The notes beneath the pieces are model-generated. The model was not told the origin of the DNA, searched no databases, and saw nothing but the letters and a program-made list of their open reading frames with translations. Positions 54,847 through 64,000 of a DNA stretch of 64,000 nucleotides are shown here, in pieces. Location: positions 12,390 through 76,389 of the forward strand of contig JAIYBJ010000032.1 in assembly GCA_027488575.1 (NCBI GenBank). The letters run 5' to 3'. Within the stretch, counting starts at the first letter, position 1. Every line of letters begins with the position of its first letter. Position numbers and translations under genes: made by a program. The DNA is from Streptomycetaceae bacterium (GTDB lineage Bacteria > Actinomycetota > Actinomycetes > Nanopelagicales > Nanopelagicaceae).

Positions 54847-56019
54847 ATGGATTCAAAGCGTTCACTCTCACCAGAAGCACGATCAATAATTAATTCACAA
54901 ATCTCTCGTCGTGCACTTATTGCTGGTGCTGGCGGTCTTGGTGCAGCTGGATTATTGACTGCATGTGGCGGCGGCGGTGGTGGCGGTTCAGAAAACGCAG
55001 TTCGCTGGGGTAACTGGCCTTTGTATTTAGACTTTGATGAAGAGTCAAAGACATATCCAACTCTTGTTAAGTTCTCAGAACAAACAGGAATTGAAGCTAA
55101 GTATTTTGAAGATTACAACGATAACGATGAATTCTTTGGAAAAGTTCAAGCGCAGTTAAAGCTTGGTGAAGATATTGGTTATGACGTTGTTACACCAACT
55201 GACTGGATGGCAGCTCGTTGGATTCGTTTGGGATATGCACAAAAGTTTGACTCAGCAAATATTCCTAACAAGGTAAATATTCTGGATTCACTTGCATCAC
55301 CTTCCTATGACCCAATGCGTGAGTCAACACTTACATGGCAGGGCATTATGGGTGGATTTGGTTGGAACGTAGAAAAGAATCCAAAGGGAATTCGCACACT
55401 TGATGATTTGTTCGCACCTCAAAACAAGGGAAAGATTGTTGTCCTCTCTGAAATGCGCGACACAATCGGTGTGATTTTGTTAGGTCAGGGCGTTGACATC
55501 ACCAAGGTCACCGAAGATCAATTTATGAATGCTGTTGATTTCATGGCTAAGAAGATCTCTGATGGTTGGATTCGCGGAGTTAAGGGCAATGAATACGCAG
55601 AAGACCTTACTTCAGGAGATGCGACAGCAGTTATCGGATGGTCAGGCGATATGTTCATTTTGGCTTCAGAGAATGAAGGCAAGTTTGACTTCGCAATTCC
55701 AGAGTCTGGCGGAACTATTTCAGGAGATAACTTCATCATTCCATCGACTACAACTGCTGCAGGCAAAGCAAATGGCGAAAAGATGATTAATTACTACTAC
55801 GACCCAGCAGTTGCAGCTGAAGTTGCCGCGTACGTTAACTACGTGTGTCCAGTAAAGGGTGCACAAGCTGAGATGGAAAAGATTGCTCCAGAACTAGCAA
55901 CAAGTGAGTACATCTTCCCAACTGAGAAGACCGCATCTCGCCTCAATGTTTTCCGTTCTCTTACACCTGATGAAGAGTCAAAGTGGGCTGAAGCATTCCA
56001 GCAGGCTCAAGGAAACTAG
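54847..56019 (+). CDS. Polyamine ABC transporter substrate-binding lipoprotein (PotD-like), Tat signal
   Basis: SRRALI twin-arginine motif plus LTAC lipobox; NWPLYLD, WSGD, YVNYVCPV. Confidence 0.9.
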   Translation: MDSKRSLSPEARSIINSQISRRALIAGAGGLGAAGLLTACGGGGGGGSENAVRWGNWPLYLDFDEESKTYPTLVKFSEQTGIEAKYFEDYNDNDEFFGKVQAQLKLGEDIGYDVVTPTDWMAARWIRLGYAQKFDSANIPNKVNILDSLASPSYDPMRESTLTWQGIMGGFGWNVEKNPKGIRTLDDLFAPQNKGKIVVLSEMRDTIGVILLGQGVDITKVTEDQFMNAVDFMAKKISDGWIRGVKGNEYAEDLTSGDATAVIGWSGDMFILASENEGKFDFAIPESGGTISGDNFIIPSTTTAAGKANGEKMINYYYDPAVAAEVAAYVNYVCPVKGAQAEMEKIAPELATSEYIFPTEKTASRLNVFRSLTPDEESKWAEAFQQAQGN

Positions 56020-57167
56020 TGACCAACGAGTCAATTTCTGCAAGAGGAGATTTACGTCTAACTCGCATAACCAAGTCATATGGTGACTTCACTGCGGTAG
56101 ATGATTTAACTCTTACGATTCCAAAAGGATCTTTCTTTGCATTACTTGGCCCGTCAGGGTGTGGCAAAACTACAACGCTACGAATGGTTGCAGGATTAGA
56201 AGAGCCAACTGTTGGAAGTATTCATTTGGGTGATACGGACATCACAACAACTCGTCCGTATCAACGCCCAATCAATACTGTTTTTCAGAACTATGCGCTC
56301 TTTCCACACTTAACTATCTTTGAAAACATCGCCTTTGGACTTCGTCGTCGCGGAATCAAAGATGTTAAGGAACAAGTAGATAAGGTCTTAAGCCTTGTTG
56401 AACTTCCACATCTTGCCGAGCGCAAGCCGACTCAGTTATCTGGTGGACAGCAACAGCGCATTGCGCTCGCACGCGCAATCGTTAACCGCCCCGCTCTTTT
56501 ACTTCTAGATGAACCACTCGGTGCACTTGATCTCAAACTTCGTCGCCAGATGCAGATCGAACTCAAGTGGATTCAACGCGAGGTCGGTCTAACTTTCGTT
56601 CACGTCACTCACGATCAAGAAGAGGCCATGACAATGGCTGACACGATTGCAGTTATGAATGAAGGCAAGATCGAACAAATGGGTTCACCTGCCGATCTCT
56701 ATGACAATCCCGAGACAGCTTTTGTTGCTAACTTTCTAGGTCAATCCAATTTGATTAAAGGAAAAATCGATGGAAATGATGGAGATAACTTAGTAGTTGA
56801 TCTCTATGGCCAAAAGATTTCTATGCCAAAAAAGCGCAGCCACGCAATTGATAACTCACTCTATGCGGGCATTCGACCAGAAAAGTTTAGAATTTCGCGC
56901 CTTGCTACACCTGTTAAGGGAAATGTTTTAACTGGCGGCCGCATTGAAGATGTTTCCTACATTGGTGTTAGTACGCAATACGTGGTTGCGATGCCTTGGG
57001 GCCAGGAACTCATGGTCTTTGAGCAAAATGATGATGGCGTTGCACCATTTGATAAGGGCGATGAAGTGAATATCTCATGGGAGCCAACCTTTACATTTGG
57101 ATTGCGTGGCGATGAAGATATTGAAGCCGGCACCGAAGTTAATCCTGAGGAAATAGAGGCGGAATAA
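56019..57167 (+). CDS. Polyamine ABC transporter ATP-binding protein (PotA-like)
   Basis: GPSGCGKTT, NTVFQNYALFPH, LSGGQQQR, DEPLGALD, TOBE tail. Confidence 0.93.
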   Translation: MTNESISARGDLRLTRITKSYGDFTAVDDLTLTIPKGSFFALLGPSGCGKTTTLRMVAGLEEPTVGSIHLGDTDITTTRPYQRPINTVFQNYALFPHLTIFENIAFGLRRRGIKDVKEQVDKVLSLVELPHLAERKPTQLSGGQQQRIALARAIVNRPALLLLDEPLGALDLKLRRQMQIELKWIQREVGLTFVHVTHDQEEAMTMADTIAVMNEGKIEQMGSPADLYDNPETAFVANFLGQSNLIKGKIDGNDGDNLVVDLYGQKISMPKKRSHAIDNSLYAGIRPEKFRISRLATPVKGNVLTGGRIEDVSYIGVSTQYVVAMPWGQELMVFEQNDDGVAPFDKGDEVNISWEPTFTFGLRGDEDIEAGTEVNPEEIEAE

Positions 57168-57168
57168 C

Positions 57169-58023
57169 GTGTCCTTTCCAAAGGTGCGCGTTCCTTACCT
57201 GCTTCTTCTTCCAGGTTTTGTTTTTCTTTTTACTTTCTTTATTCTGCCAATTATTAATCTTGCTCAAACTTCAACCCAAACACCGTTATCAGGTGGCGAT
57301 ACTGGGGAATATGAGCAAACTCTTGCTTTCTCAAACTACATCCAAGCTTTTGTAGAGAACAAGGAACAGTTTGGGCGTTCTTTTCTATATGCAACTCTTG
57401 CCACAATATTTGCGCTAGCCATTGCCTATCCGCTGGCTTATGCAATCGCCTTTAAGTCAGGAAAATACAAAAACATTCTTCTCGTATTAGTTGTTGCCCC
57501 ATTCTTTACATCATTCTTACTTCGCACCGTGGCCTGGAAGCAGATATTGGGAGAAGAAGGCTTTGTTGTTCCTGGCCTTCGTGCTTTAAATATTATTGGA
57601 GAACAAACCACACTTACTTCAACTTCAGTGGCTGTTGTTGCGGGTATGACTTATAACTTCTTGCCATTTATGACACTTCCACTGTATGCATCCCTCGAGC
57701 GCATTGACCCTCGCACTATTGAAGCTGCCGGAGATCTGTACGCCAATGGGTTAACCGCATTTCGACGCGTCACTGTTCCTTTGTCAATGCCAGGCGTTGT
57801 CGCAGGAACTTTGCTTACATTTATTCCAGCAGCAGGTGATTATGTGAACGCTGCCATTTTGGGAAGCCCGAATACAAAGATGATTGGCAATGTAATCGAG
57901 TCGCGCTATTTCAAGATTGTGGATTATCCAACGGCAGCTGCGCTCTCATTTACCCTGATGGTAGCTATTTTGATTCTTGTTACTTTGTATATTCGTAAAG
58001 CAGGAACGGAGGAGTTGGTATGA
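57169..58023 (+). CDS. Polyamine ABC transporter permease (PotB-like)
   Basis: PFMTLPLY..EAAGDL EAA loop; FIPAAGDY. Confidence 0.92.
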   Translation: MSFPKVRVPYLLLLPGFVFLFTFFILPIINLAQTSTQTPLSGGDTGEYEQTLAFSNYIQAFVENKEQFGRSFLYATLATIFALAIAYPLAYAIAFKSGKYKNILLVLVVAPFFTSFLLRTVAWKQILGEEGFVVPGLRALNIIGEQTTLTSTSVAVVAGMTYNFLPFMTLPLYASLERIDPRTIEAAGDLYANGLTAFRRVTVPLSMPGVVAGTLLTFIPAAGDYVNAAILGSPNTKMIGNVIESRYFKIVDYPTAAALSFTLMVAILILVTLYIRKAGTEELV

Positions 58024-58856
58024 ACCAGAAAATCAAAGACGCCTCCATTCCAACGATTCCGCTTAATGCCAGATTCTCCCGTTGGTTTGGCCGCAACTTA
58101 CTCCGCATTTATATGGTCATTGGTTTCACCTATCTTTTCATTCCAGTCGCTTACACCTTTGCATTCTCATTTAATGACTCAGGTAAGAGCAATTTAATCT
58201 GGAAAGGTTTCACTTTAAGTAATTGGCAGAATCCATGCGGAGCCCCAGAAGTGTGTAATGCACTTGGCAACTCAATAAAGATTGGCTTACTCGCCACTAT
58301 TTTCTCAACGATTTTAGGCACGATGATTGCCTTTGCTATTGGACGCTATAAGTTCAAAGGCCGCTCAAGCTCTAACTTGCTAATCTTTTTGCCAATGGCA
58401 ACACCTGAAATTGTTCTAGGTGCTTCACTACTTTCTCTATTCTTAGTTTTCAGCATTAATCCGGGCTTCTGGCCAACTGTTATCGCCCACGTTGTCTTTT
58501 GTATTTCTTTCGTTGTCGTTACGGTAAAAGCTCGTATCGCATCCCTTGACCCACGCCTCGAGCAAGCCGCCATGGATCTTTATGCCAATGAATTAGAAAC
58601 ATTTCGTAGAGTGACATTGCCATTGGTAGCACCTGGAATTGCAGGAGCTGCTTTACTGGCATTTAGTCTGTCATTTGATGATTTTATTATTACCAATTTT
58701 AACTCCGGAACATTAATTACGTTCCCTAAATTTGTTTATGTATCCGCAGCGCGTGGAATCCCTGCACAAGCCAATGTGATTGCCTCTGCGATGTTTTTCT
58801 TAGCTTTAGCCATCGTTATTGCGGCGCAACTAGTCAAAAGAAAGAAAACCCGCTAA
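58020..58856 (+). CDS. Polyamine ABC transporter permease (PotC-like)
   Basis: PEIVLG, LEQAAMDL, FSLSFDDF. Confidence 0.92.
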   Translation: MNQKIKDASIPTIPLNARFSRWFGRNLLRIYMVIGFTYLFIPVAYTFAFSFNDSGKSNLIWKGFTLSNWQNPCGAPEVCNALGNSIKIGLLATIFSTILGTMIAFAIGRYKFKGRSSSNLLIFLPMATPEIVLGASLLSLFLVFSINPGFWPTVIAHVVFCISFVVVTVKARIASLDPRLEQAAMDLYANELETFRRVTLPLVAPGIAGAALLAFSLSFDDFIITNFNSGTLITFPKFVYVSAARGIPAQANVIASAMFFLALAIVIAAQLVKRKKTR

Positions 58857-58986
58857 TATTTCTCTAGTCCACAACGAACTACAGATTGTTTAAGAAAATC
58901 TGCGCTGTGGGGTTAGGTTCCGGAGGACCCGGGCCAACTACGATTTGTGATTGAAGGGGTGATTCCGGTTAAGGCCGGATAGCGCG

Positions 58987-60399
58987 ATGTCAGACATCGA
59001 CCCTCATATTCTTAAACACCTCTCAGTAATGCAGCCAGAACTTTATTGGCTTGATGCAGATCCACTAGAACCAGAACCAAATCCAACTCTTGTTGGCGAT
59101 GTGACAACGGATCTCTGCATTGTTGGAGCGGGTTACACAGGTTTATGGACTGCCTTGCTTGCAAAAGAGCGCAATCCAGAACGTGAAGTCATCATCGTCG
59201 AACAACGCGAAACTGGCTTCGGTGCATCTGGACGAAATGGTGGATTCTGTAACTCATCCCTTACCCATGGATTCATAAATGGTTACCGCCGATTCAAAGA
59301 TGACATGCAAGATCTTGAACGGATGGGCCGTGAAAACTTCAATGAAATTGAAGAGACCATCAAGAAGTACGGCATCGATTGCGATTGGCAACGTACTGGA
59401 GAACTTCGTATTGCTGTTAAAGATTGGCAATTAGATGGCATGAAAGAAGAGGCAGATCTTCGCAATCAATACGGAGATCATGTTGAATTTTTAAATCAAG
59501 CCGAAGTTCAAGCACGTGTTAATTCACCAATTTACAAAGGCGCACTCTGGGATCCAGATGGCACAGCACTTGTTGATCCAGCACGATTAGTCTGGGGATT
59601 AGAAAAAGTATGCCTCAAGCTTGGTGTGAAAATTTATGAGAACAGTAAAGTTGAATGGTTAGAGCGCACAAGTGATGGAATTATTGTTCACACTCCTTAC
59701 GGAAGTGTGTATGCCGACAAAGTTGCTCTTGCAACAAATGTTTTCAAATCACTTGTAAAGCGTGCACGTAAATACGTTGTCCCTGTTTATGATTTTCAAG
59801 TTGTTACAGAACCACTCACGCAAGAACAGTGGAAAGCAATTGGCTGGGCAGGCAAAGAAGGTTTATCCGAGGCTGGAAACCAATTCCATTATTACCGCGT
59901 TACATCTGAGGGAGCAATCCTCTGGGGTGGCTATGACGCTATTTATCACTTCCGTGGCAAAGCACGCCAAGAGTATGAAACAGATGCAGAGACATATGCA
60001 TATTTAGCCGCAGATTTCCTAGAAACATTTCCACAACTCAAGGGAATTAAGTTCACTCATGGTTGGGGTGGAGCAATTGATACGTGTTCTCGATTCTCAC
60101 CATTTTGGGGTCGTGCGTATCGCAAACGTGTTGCATACGTTCTTGGATTTACTGGACTTGGTGTTGCTTCAACACGATTCGGCGCACAGGTTATGTTAGA
60201 TCTCGTCGATGGCTTGGATACCGAGCGCACGCGACTAAAGATGGTTAGGCGCAAACCCCTGCCATTCCCACCTGAACCATTTAGATTTCTCTTTATTCGC
60301 TTTACTCAATGGTCAATTAATTATGCGGATGAGCACAACGGTAAGCGAAATCTTTGGCTCAAACTCTTAGATCGCCTCGGTTTAGGTTTCGATTCTTAA
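58987..60399 (+). CDS. FAD-dependent oxidoreductase (DadA/PuuB-like)
   Basis: IVGAGYTGL, GASGRNGG, GFTGLGV, PFPPEP; located in the polyamine cluster. Confidence 0.88.
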   Translation: MSDIDPHILKHLSVMQPELYWLDADPLEPEPNPTLVGDVTTDLCIVGAGYTGLWTALLAKERNPEREVIIVEQRETGFGASGRNGGFCNSSLTHGFINGYRRFKDDMQDLERMGRENFNEIEETIKKYGIDCDWQRTGELRIAVKDWQLDGMKEEADLRNQYGDHVEFLNQAEVQARVNSPIYKGALWDPDGTALVDPARLVWGLEKVCLKLGVKIYENSKVEWLERTSDGIIVHTPYGSVYADKVALATNVFKSLVKRARKYVVPVYDFQVVTEPLTQEQWKAIGWAGKEGLSEAGNQFHYYRVTSEGAILWGGYDAIYHFRGKARQEYETDAETYAYLAADFLETFPQLKGIKFTHGWGGAIDTCSRFSPFWGRAYRKRVAYVLGFTGLGVASTRFGAQVMLDLVDGLDTERTRLKMVRRKPLPFPPEPFRFLFIRFTQWSINYADEHNGKRNLWLKLLDRLGLGFDS

Positions 60400-60422
60400 T
60401 TATTTAGACGTATTCTTTACCC

Positions 60423-61421
60423 ATGGCAAACCTTGGAAATATGTATGGTCCTAAATTCACTTTTCTTGGCATTGGTGAATGCGACCTCGATGATCCAAAG
60501 ACATATCAAGGAGCCGATGTAATCATTCTTGGCGCACCAATTGACAGCGGTACATCACATCGATCAGGTGCAAAGTTTGGTCCACAAGCAATACGCGGTG
60601 GAGATTATTTGCCCCACGATGCAGAACGTCCACACTTAGCACTTCGCACAGATGGACTAAAAGATCTCAAAGTTTTAGATGCTGGCGATTTAATGATGCC
60701 AGGCGGAGATTTAAAGAAATCTCTCGAAGTTCTTGCAGTTGCAACAGAAAAAATTTCGCGCGCAGGTATCATCCCTGTCATTCTTGGTGGAGATCATTCG
60801 ATTGCCTCTGCAGATGTTGCAGGCATTGCAGCGCATCGTGGACTTGGGAAGATCTCAATGATTCACTTTGATGCACACGCAGACACTGGTGATTCACAAT
60901 TTGGCGCACTCGAAGGTCATGGAACACCGATGCGCCGACTCATCGAATCTGGCGCAGTTCGTGGCGATCGCTTTTTGCAACTTGGATTACGTGGATATTG
61001 GCCCGATAACCAAACTCTTGAATGGATGCGCGATCAAGGTATGCGCAGTTATGAAATGACTGAAATCCACCACAGAGGATTAAATGTTGTTCTAGATGAA
61101 TCATTCGCCAGACTTACAGATGAGTGCGACGGCGTTTTCTTATCTGTAGATATTGATGTTGTCGATCCTGGCATGGCTCCCGGCACAGGAACTCCAGAAC
61201 CAGGTGGAATGACTAGCCGCGAATTACTCGAATCTGTTCGCCGAATTTGTCTCGAGCTTCCGGTAGTCGGAATCGATGTTGTCGAAGTTGCGCCACCATT
61301 TGATAGCGCAGACATCACTGCAATTCTTGCTAATCGTGTAGTACTCGAAGCACTCAGTGCGATTGCAAAGCGCAGATCAGGCAAGCCTTACTCGCCAACG
61401 CAAAACCTGCTAGATCGCTAA
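60423..61421 (+). CDS. Ureohydrolase (agmatinase / guanidinobutyrase-like)
   Basis: GGDHS, HFDAHAD, HGTP, SVDIDVVDP..APGTGTPEPGG; substrate cannot be determined from sequence. Confidence 0.88.
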   Translation: MANLGNMYGPKFTFLGIGECDLDDPKTYQGADVIILGAPIDSGTSHRSGAKFGPQAIRGGDYLPHDAERPHLALRTDGLKDLKVLDAGDLMMPGGDLKKSLEVLAVATEKISRAGIIPVILGGDHSIASADVAGIAAHRGLGKISMIHFDAHADTGDSQFGALEGHGTPMRRLIESGAVRGDRFLQLGLRGYWPDNQTLEWMRDQGMRSYEMTEIHHRGLNVVLDESFARLTDECDGVFLSVDIDVVDPGMAPGTGTPEPGGMTSRELLESVRRICLELPVVGIDVVEVAPPFDSADITAILANRVVLEALSAIAKRRSGKPYSPTQNLLDR

Positions 61422-62765
61422 TTAGATAGTTGCTAAAGCTTCATCGAGAATAGATAAACCTTCTCGCAACAAATCTTCAGGAATAACTAGTGGTGGAATC
61501 AAACGAATGACGTTTGCATAGGTTCCAGCAGTCAAAATCAAGACGCCTTTTTCTTGGCAGTATTTAACAATTTTGCCAAGTGCAGCCGTATTTGGTTCTG
61601 TACCGCCAGGAATAATGAGTTCGATTGCCTGCATCGCGCCTCGGCCACGAACTTCACCGATGATTGCGTGCTTTGCCTTCATCTTATTTAGCTCATCGCT
61701 CATGATTGCACCGATTTTCTTAGCACGATCAATGAGATTGTCTTCTTCAATAGTTTTGATTGCACCCAATGCAGCTGCGCACGCGATTGGAGAACCACCG
61801 TATGTTCCGCCTAAACCACTGGCATGAATCGAATCCATAACGTCAGCGCGACCTGTGACTGCAGCTAGTGGCAATCCACCAGCAATGCCTTTTGCTGTTG
61901 TGATTAAGTCTGGTTCTAGGTTTTCATCTTCCGATGCAAACATCTGACCAGTACGCGCAAAACCAGTTTGTACTTCATCTGCAATAAATAACGCACCATT
62001 ATCTTTTGCGTACTTTGCTAAACCAGGTAGGAAGCCCTTTGGTGGAACGATGAATCCACCTTCACCCTGAATAGGTTCGATCACGATTGCTGCAATATTC
62101 TTGCCGCCAATTTCTTTATCTAATTTGTGAGTGACAACATCGAGAGCATTTTTCTCACATGCTGCAGCGCCACCTTCCCAGCGATATGGGTAGGCCATTG
62201 GCATCCGATAAATCTCTGGAGTAAATGGTCCGAAACTATCTTTGTATGGCATGTTTTTTGCTGTCATGCCCATAGTTAGATTTGTGCGACCGTGATAGCC
62301 ATGTTCAAAAACAACAATCGCTTGACGCTTTGTGAATGAGCGAGCAATTTTGACTGCGTTCTCAAGTGCCTCAGCACCTGAATTAAGTAGTACAGATTTC
62401 TTTGCAAACTTTCCAGGAGTTAAACGATTAAGTGCTTCGCATACTTCGATATATCCAAGGTATGGAGCGACCATAAAACATGTGTGAGTAAATAGTTCAA
62501 CTTGTCGCTGTACATTTTCAACAACGTGAGGTGCGCTGTTACCAACATTTACAACAGCAATACCAGCACCAAGATCAATAATGTGGTTTCCATCGACGTC
62601 GACCAAGATTCCACCTGATGCGCGTTCAATGACGGCAGGCAAGGACATTCCGAGAGATGCTGAAACCGCTGCAGCTCTGCGCGCAATAATCTGCTCGGAT
62701 TTTGGTCCTGGAATAGCAGTGACGACTTTACGTTTCTGTTCTACACCCGTAGTTAATGTGCTCAT
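61422..62765 (-). CDS. gabT: 4-aminobutyrate aminotransferase
   Basis: HTCFMV, NSGAEA.ENAVK, YHGRT, EPIQGEGGF, DEVQTGFARTG, AKGIAGG. Confidence 0.92.
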   Translation of the reverse strand: MSTLTTGVEQKRKVVTAIPGPKSEQIIARRAAAVSASLGMSLPAVIERASGGILVDVDGNHIIDLGAGIAVVNVGNSAPHVVENVQRQVELFTHTCFMVAPYLGYIEVCEALNRLTPGKFAKKSVLLNSGAEALENAVKIARSFTKRQAIVVFEHGYHGRTNLTMGMTAKNMPYKDSFGPFTPEIYRMPMAYPYRWEGGAAACEKNALDVVTHKLDKEIGGKNIAAIVIEPIQGEGGFIVPPKGFLPGLAKYAKDNGALFIADEVQTGFARTGQMFASEDENLEPDLITTAKGIAGGLPLAAVTGRADVMDSIHASGLGGTYGGSPIACAAALGAIKTIEEDNLIDRAKKIGAIMSDELNKMKAKHAIIGEVRGRGAMQAIELIIPGGTEPNTAALGKIVKYCQEKGVLILTAGTYANVIRLIPPLVIPEDLLREGLSILDEALATI

Positions 62766-62801
62766 TTCGCCAGTCTACTTTGGTCATGAGAAGATGACCA
62801 C

Positions 62802-63947
62802 ATGAGAGACCTGGTGATTCTTGGTTCAACAGGATCTATCGGTGTTCAGGCCCTCGAATTAGTTGCGGCCAACCCAGGAAAGTTCCGAGTTGTGGCCATC
62901 ACATCGGCTGGCAACAACCCCGAACTTCTGATTGAGCAAGCCAAGAAATTTAGCGTCGGGGTAGTCGGGACAATTCATAACGCCGACCTGATTCGCCAAG
63001 CACTTTCCGGCGTGAGCGTTATCGATGGCAAAGACGCGGCTGCAGAAGTTGCATCAATTACATGCGATATCGTTCTCAATGCAATCACTGGATCAATTGG
63101 TTTAGCAGCAACACTGAGTGGGCTCAAGGTGGGCAACCGAATAGCACTAGCAAATAAAGAGTCCTTAGTTGCTGCAGGTGATTTAGTTATGTCCATTGCA
63201 AAAACCGATCAGATAATTCCTGTTGATTCAGAACATAGTGCCATTTGGCAATGCTTAATGTCTGGAAAGCGCAATGAAGTCTCACGCTTAGTTTTAACCG
63301 CATCCGGTGGACCATTTCGCCAGAGAAAAGATCTTTCAACCGTAACTGTTGATGAAGCTTTAGCTCATCCAACATGGTCAATGGGCCCAGTTATTTCAGT
63401 TAATTCTGCAACGCTTGTGAATAAAGCCCATGAAATTATCGAAGCCCACCATCTGTACTCAATGAGTTATTCGCAAATCGAAGCTGTGATTCACCCTCAA
63501 TCAGTAATTCATTCGATGGTTGAATATATTGATGGGGCAACTATTGCCCAAGCGAGCCCTCCAAATATGAAGGGCCCAATTTCTTACGCAATTAATTGGC
63601 CAGATCGATTTAAGTCAGCAACACCTGCAATGGATTGGAAGCAATCTCATTCCTGGGAGTTCGAACCAATAGATCATGAACGCTTTCCTGCAATCGAATT
63701 AGCCAAGCGTTGTGGAGAACTTGGAGGAGGCTTACCGGCAATTTTTAATGCTTCTAACGAAGTTGCAGTCGATGCTTTCCTCAAAGGTTCTATAGCATTT
63801 ACTTCAATCATGGAGTGTGTAGAGCAGAGCGTGCAACAACTTGGCGGATCAAACCCAAGTTCAATTAGAGACCTGAGCGATGTCAGTGCAATAGAACATG
63901 ATGCACGAACAGTTGCCCAAGAAGTATTACAACGAATGGTTTCCTAA
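62802..63947 (+). CDS. dxr: 1-deoxy-D-xylulose-5-phosphate reductoisomerase
   Basis: LGSTGSIG, ALANKES, PVDSEH, TASGGPF, HPTWSMG. Confidence 0.96.
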   Translation: MRDLVILGSTGSIGVQALELVAANPGKFRVVAITSAGNNPELLIEQAKKFSVGVVGTIHNADLIRQALSGVSVIDGKDAAAEVASITCDIVLNAITGSIGLAATLSGLKVGNRIALANKESLVAAGDLVMSIAKTDQIIPVDSEHSAIWQCLMSGKRNEVSRLVLTASGGPFRQRKDLSTVTVDEALAHPTWSMGPVISVNSATLVNKAHEIIEAHHLYSMSYSQIEAVIHPQSVIHSMVEYIDGATIAQASPPNMKGPISYAINWPDRFKSATPAMDWKQSHSWEFEPIDHERFPAIELAKRCGELGGGLPAIFNASNEVAVDAFLKGSIAFTSIMECVEQSVQQLGGSNPSSIRDLSDVSAIEHDARTVAQEVLQRMVS

Positions 63948-64000
63948 TGAGAATAATTGGTGTTTTAGCTTTTGTCATAGCTCTACTTTTGTCCGTAATG
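63947..64000 (+). CDS. Probable RseP/Rip1 site-2 protease, N-terminal fragment (runs off the window)
   Basis: ATG overlapping the dxr stop; MRIIGVLAFVIALLLSVM; conserved dxr-rseP order. Confidence 0.7.
   Translation, partial: MRIIGVLAFVIALLLSVM

Noticed and set aside
58857-58986. Known guanidine riboswitch upstream of the oxidoreductase/ureohydrolase
   Set aside because: No twin ACGR-loop hairpins and no ykkC-I or ykkC-III core visible; kept only as an unknown-structure candidate

Overview
Core-chromosome segment of a small, streamlined, mid-GC actinobacterium. Gene content, gene order and the very short intergenic spacers fit the freshwater acI lineage (Ca. Nanopelagicales / Planktophila-like); this is inferred, not database-checked. 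Gene order: ettA(partial)-thioesterase-MFS-glbO-mscS-HNH-small membrane protein-pepN-trmB-rpiB; a two-gene surface-protein islet beside tRNA-Gly/tRNA-Pro; tig-clpP1-clpP2-clpX-valS-folC-DUF4233-ndk-mreBCD-pbp2-rodA-rne-rplU-rpmA-obgE-proB-(serine hydrolase)-proA; gatCAB; MFS; ilvD-(leader peptide/attenuator)-ilvBNC-serA-leuB-ilvE-cimA; xerC; rpsB-tsf-pyrH-frr-cdsA-rlmN; a polyamine/agmatine uptake and catabolism cluster (ALDH, PotDABC-like ABC transporter, FAD oxidoreductase, ureohydrolase, gabT); dxr; rseP(partial). No prophage, IS element, CRISPR array or defence system is evident. The most interesting signals are: (1) pervasive leaderless promoters, some built out of the upstream gene's stop codon; (2) three proteins cleanly trimmed of C-terminal domains (SerA, IlvN, MscS); (3) an unannotated leaderless Val/Ile leader peptide with attenuator; (4) a structured leader with a possible hairpin-bridged ribosome-binding site inside a potentially self-contained agmatine-to-GABA pathway; (5) a high-GC3 patch in the ALDH gene; (6) a CtaJ-positioned micro-protein.
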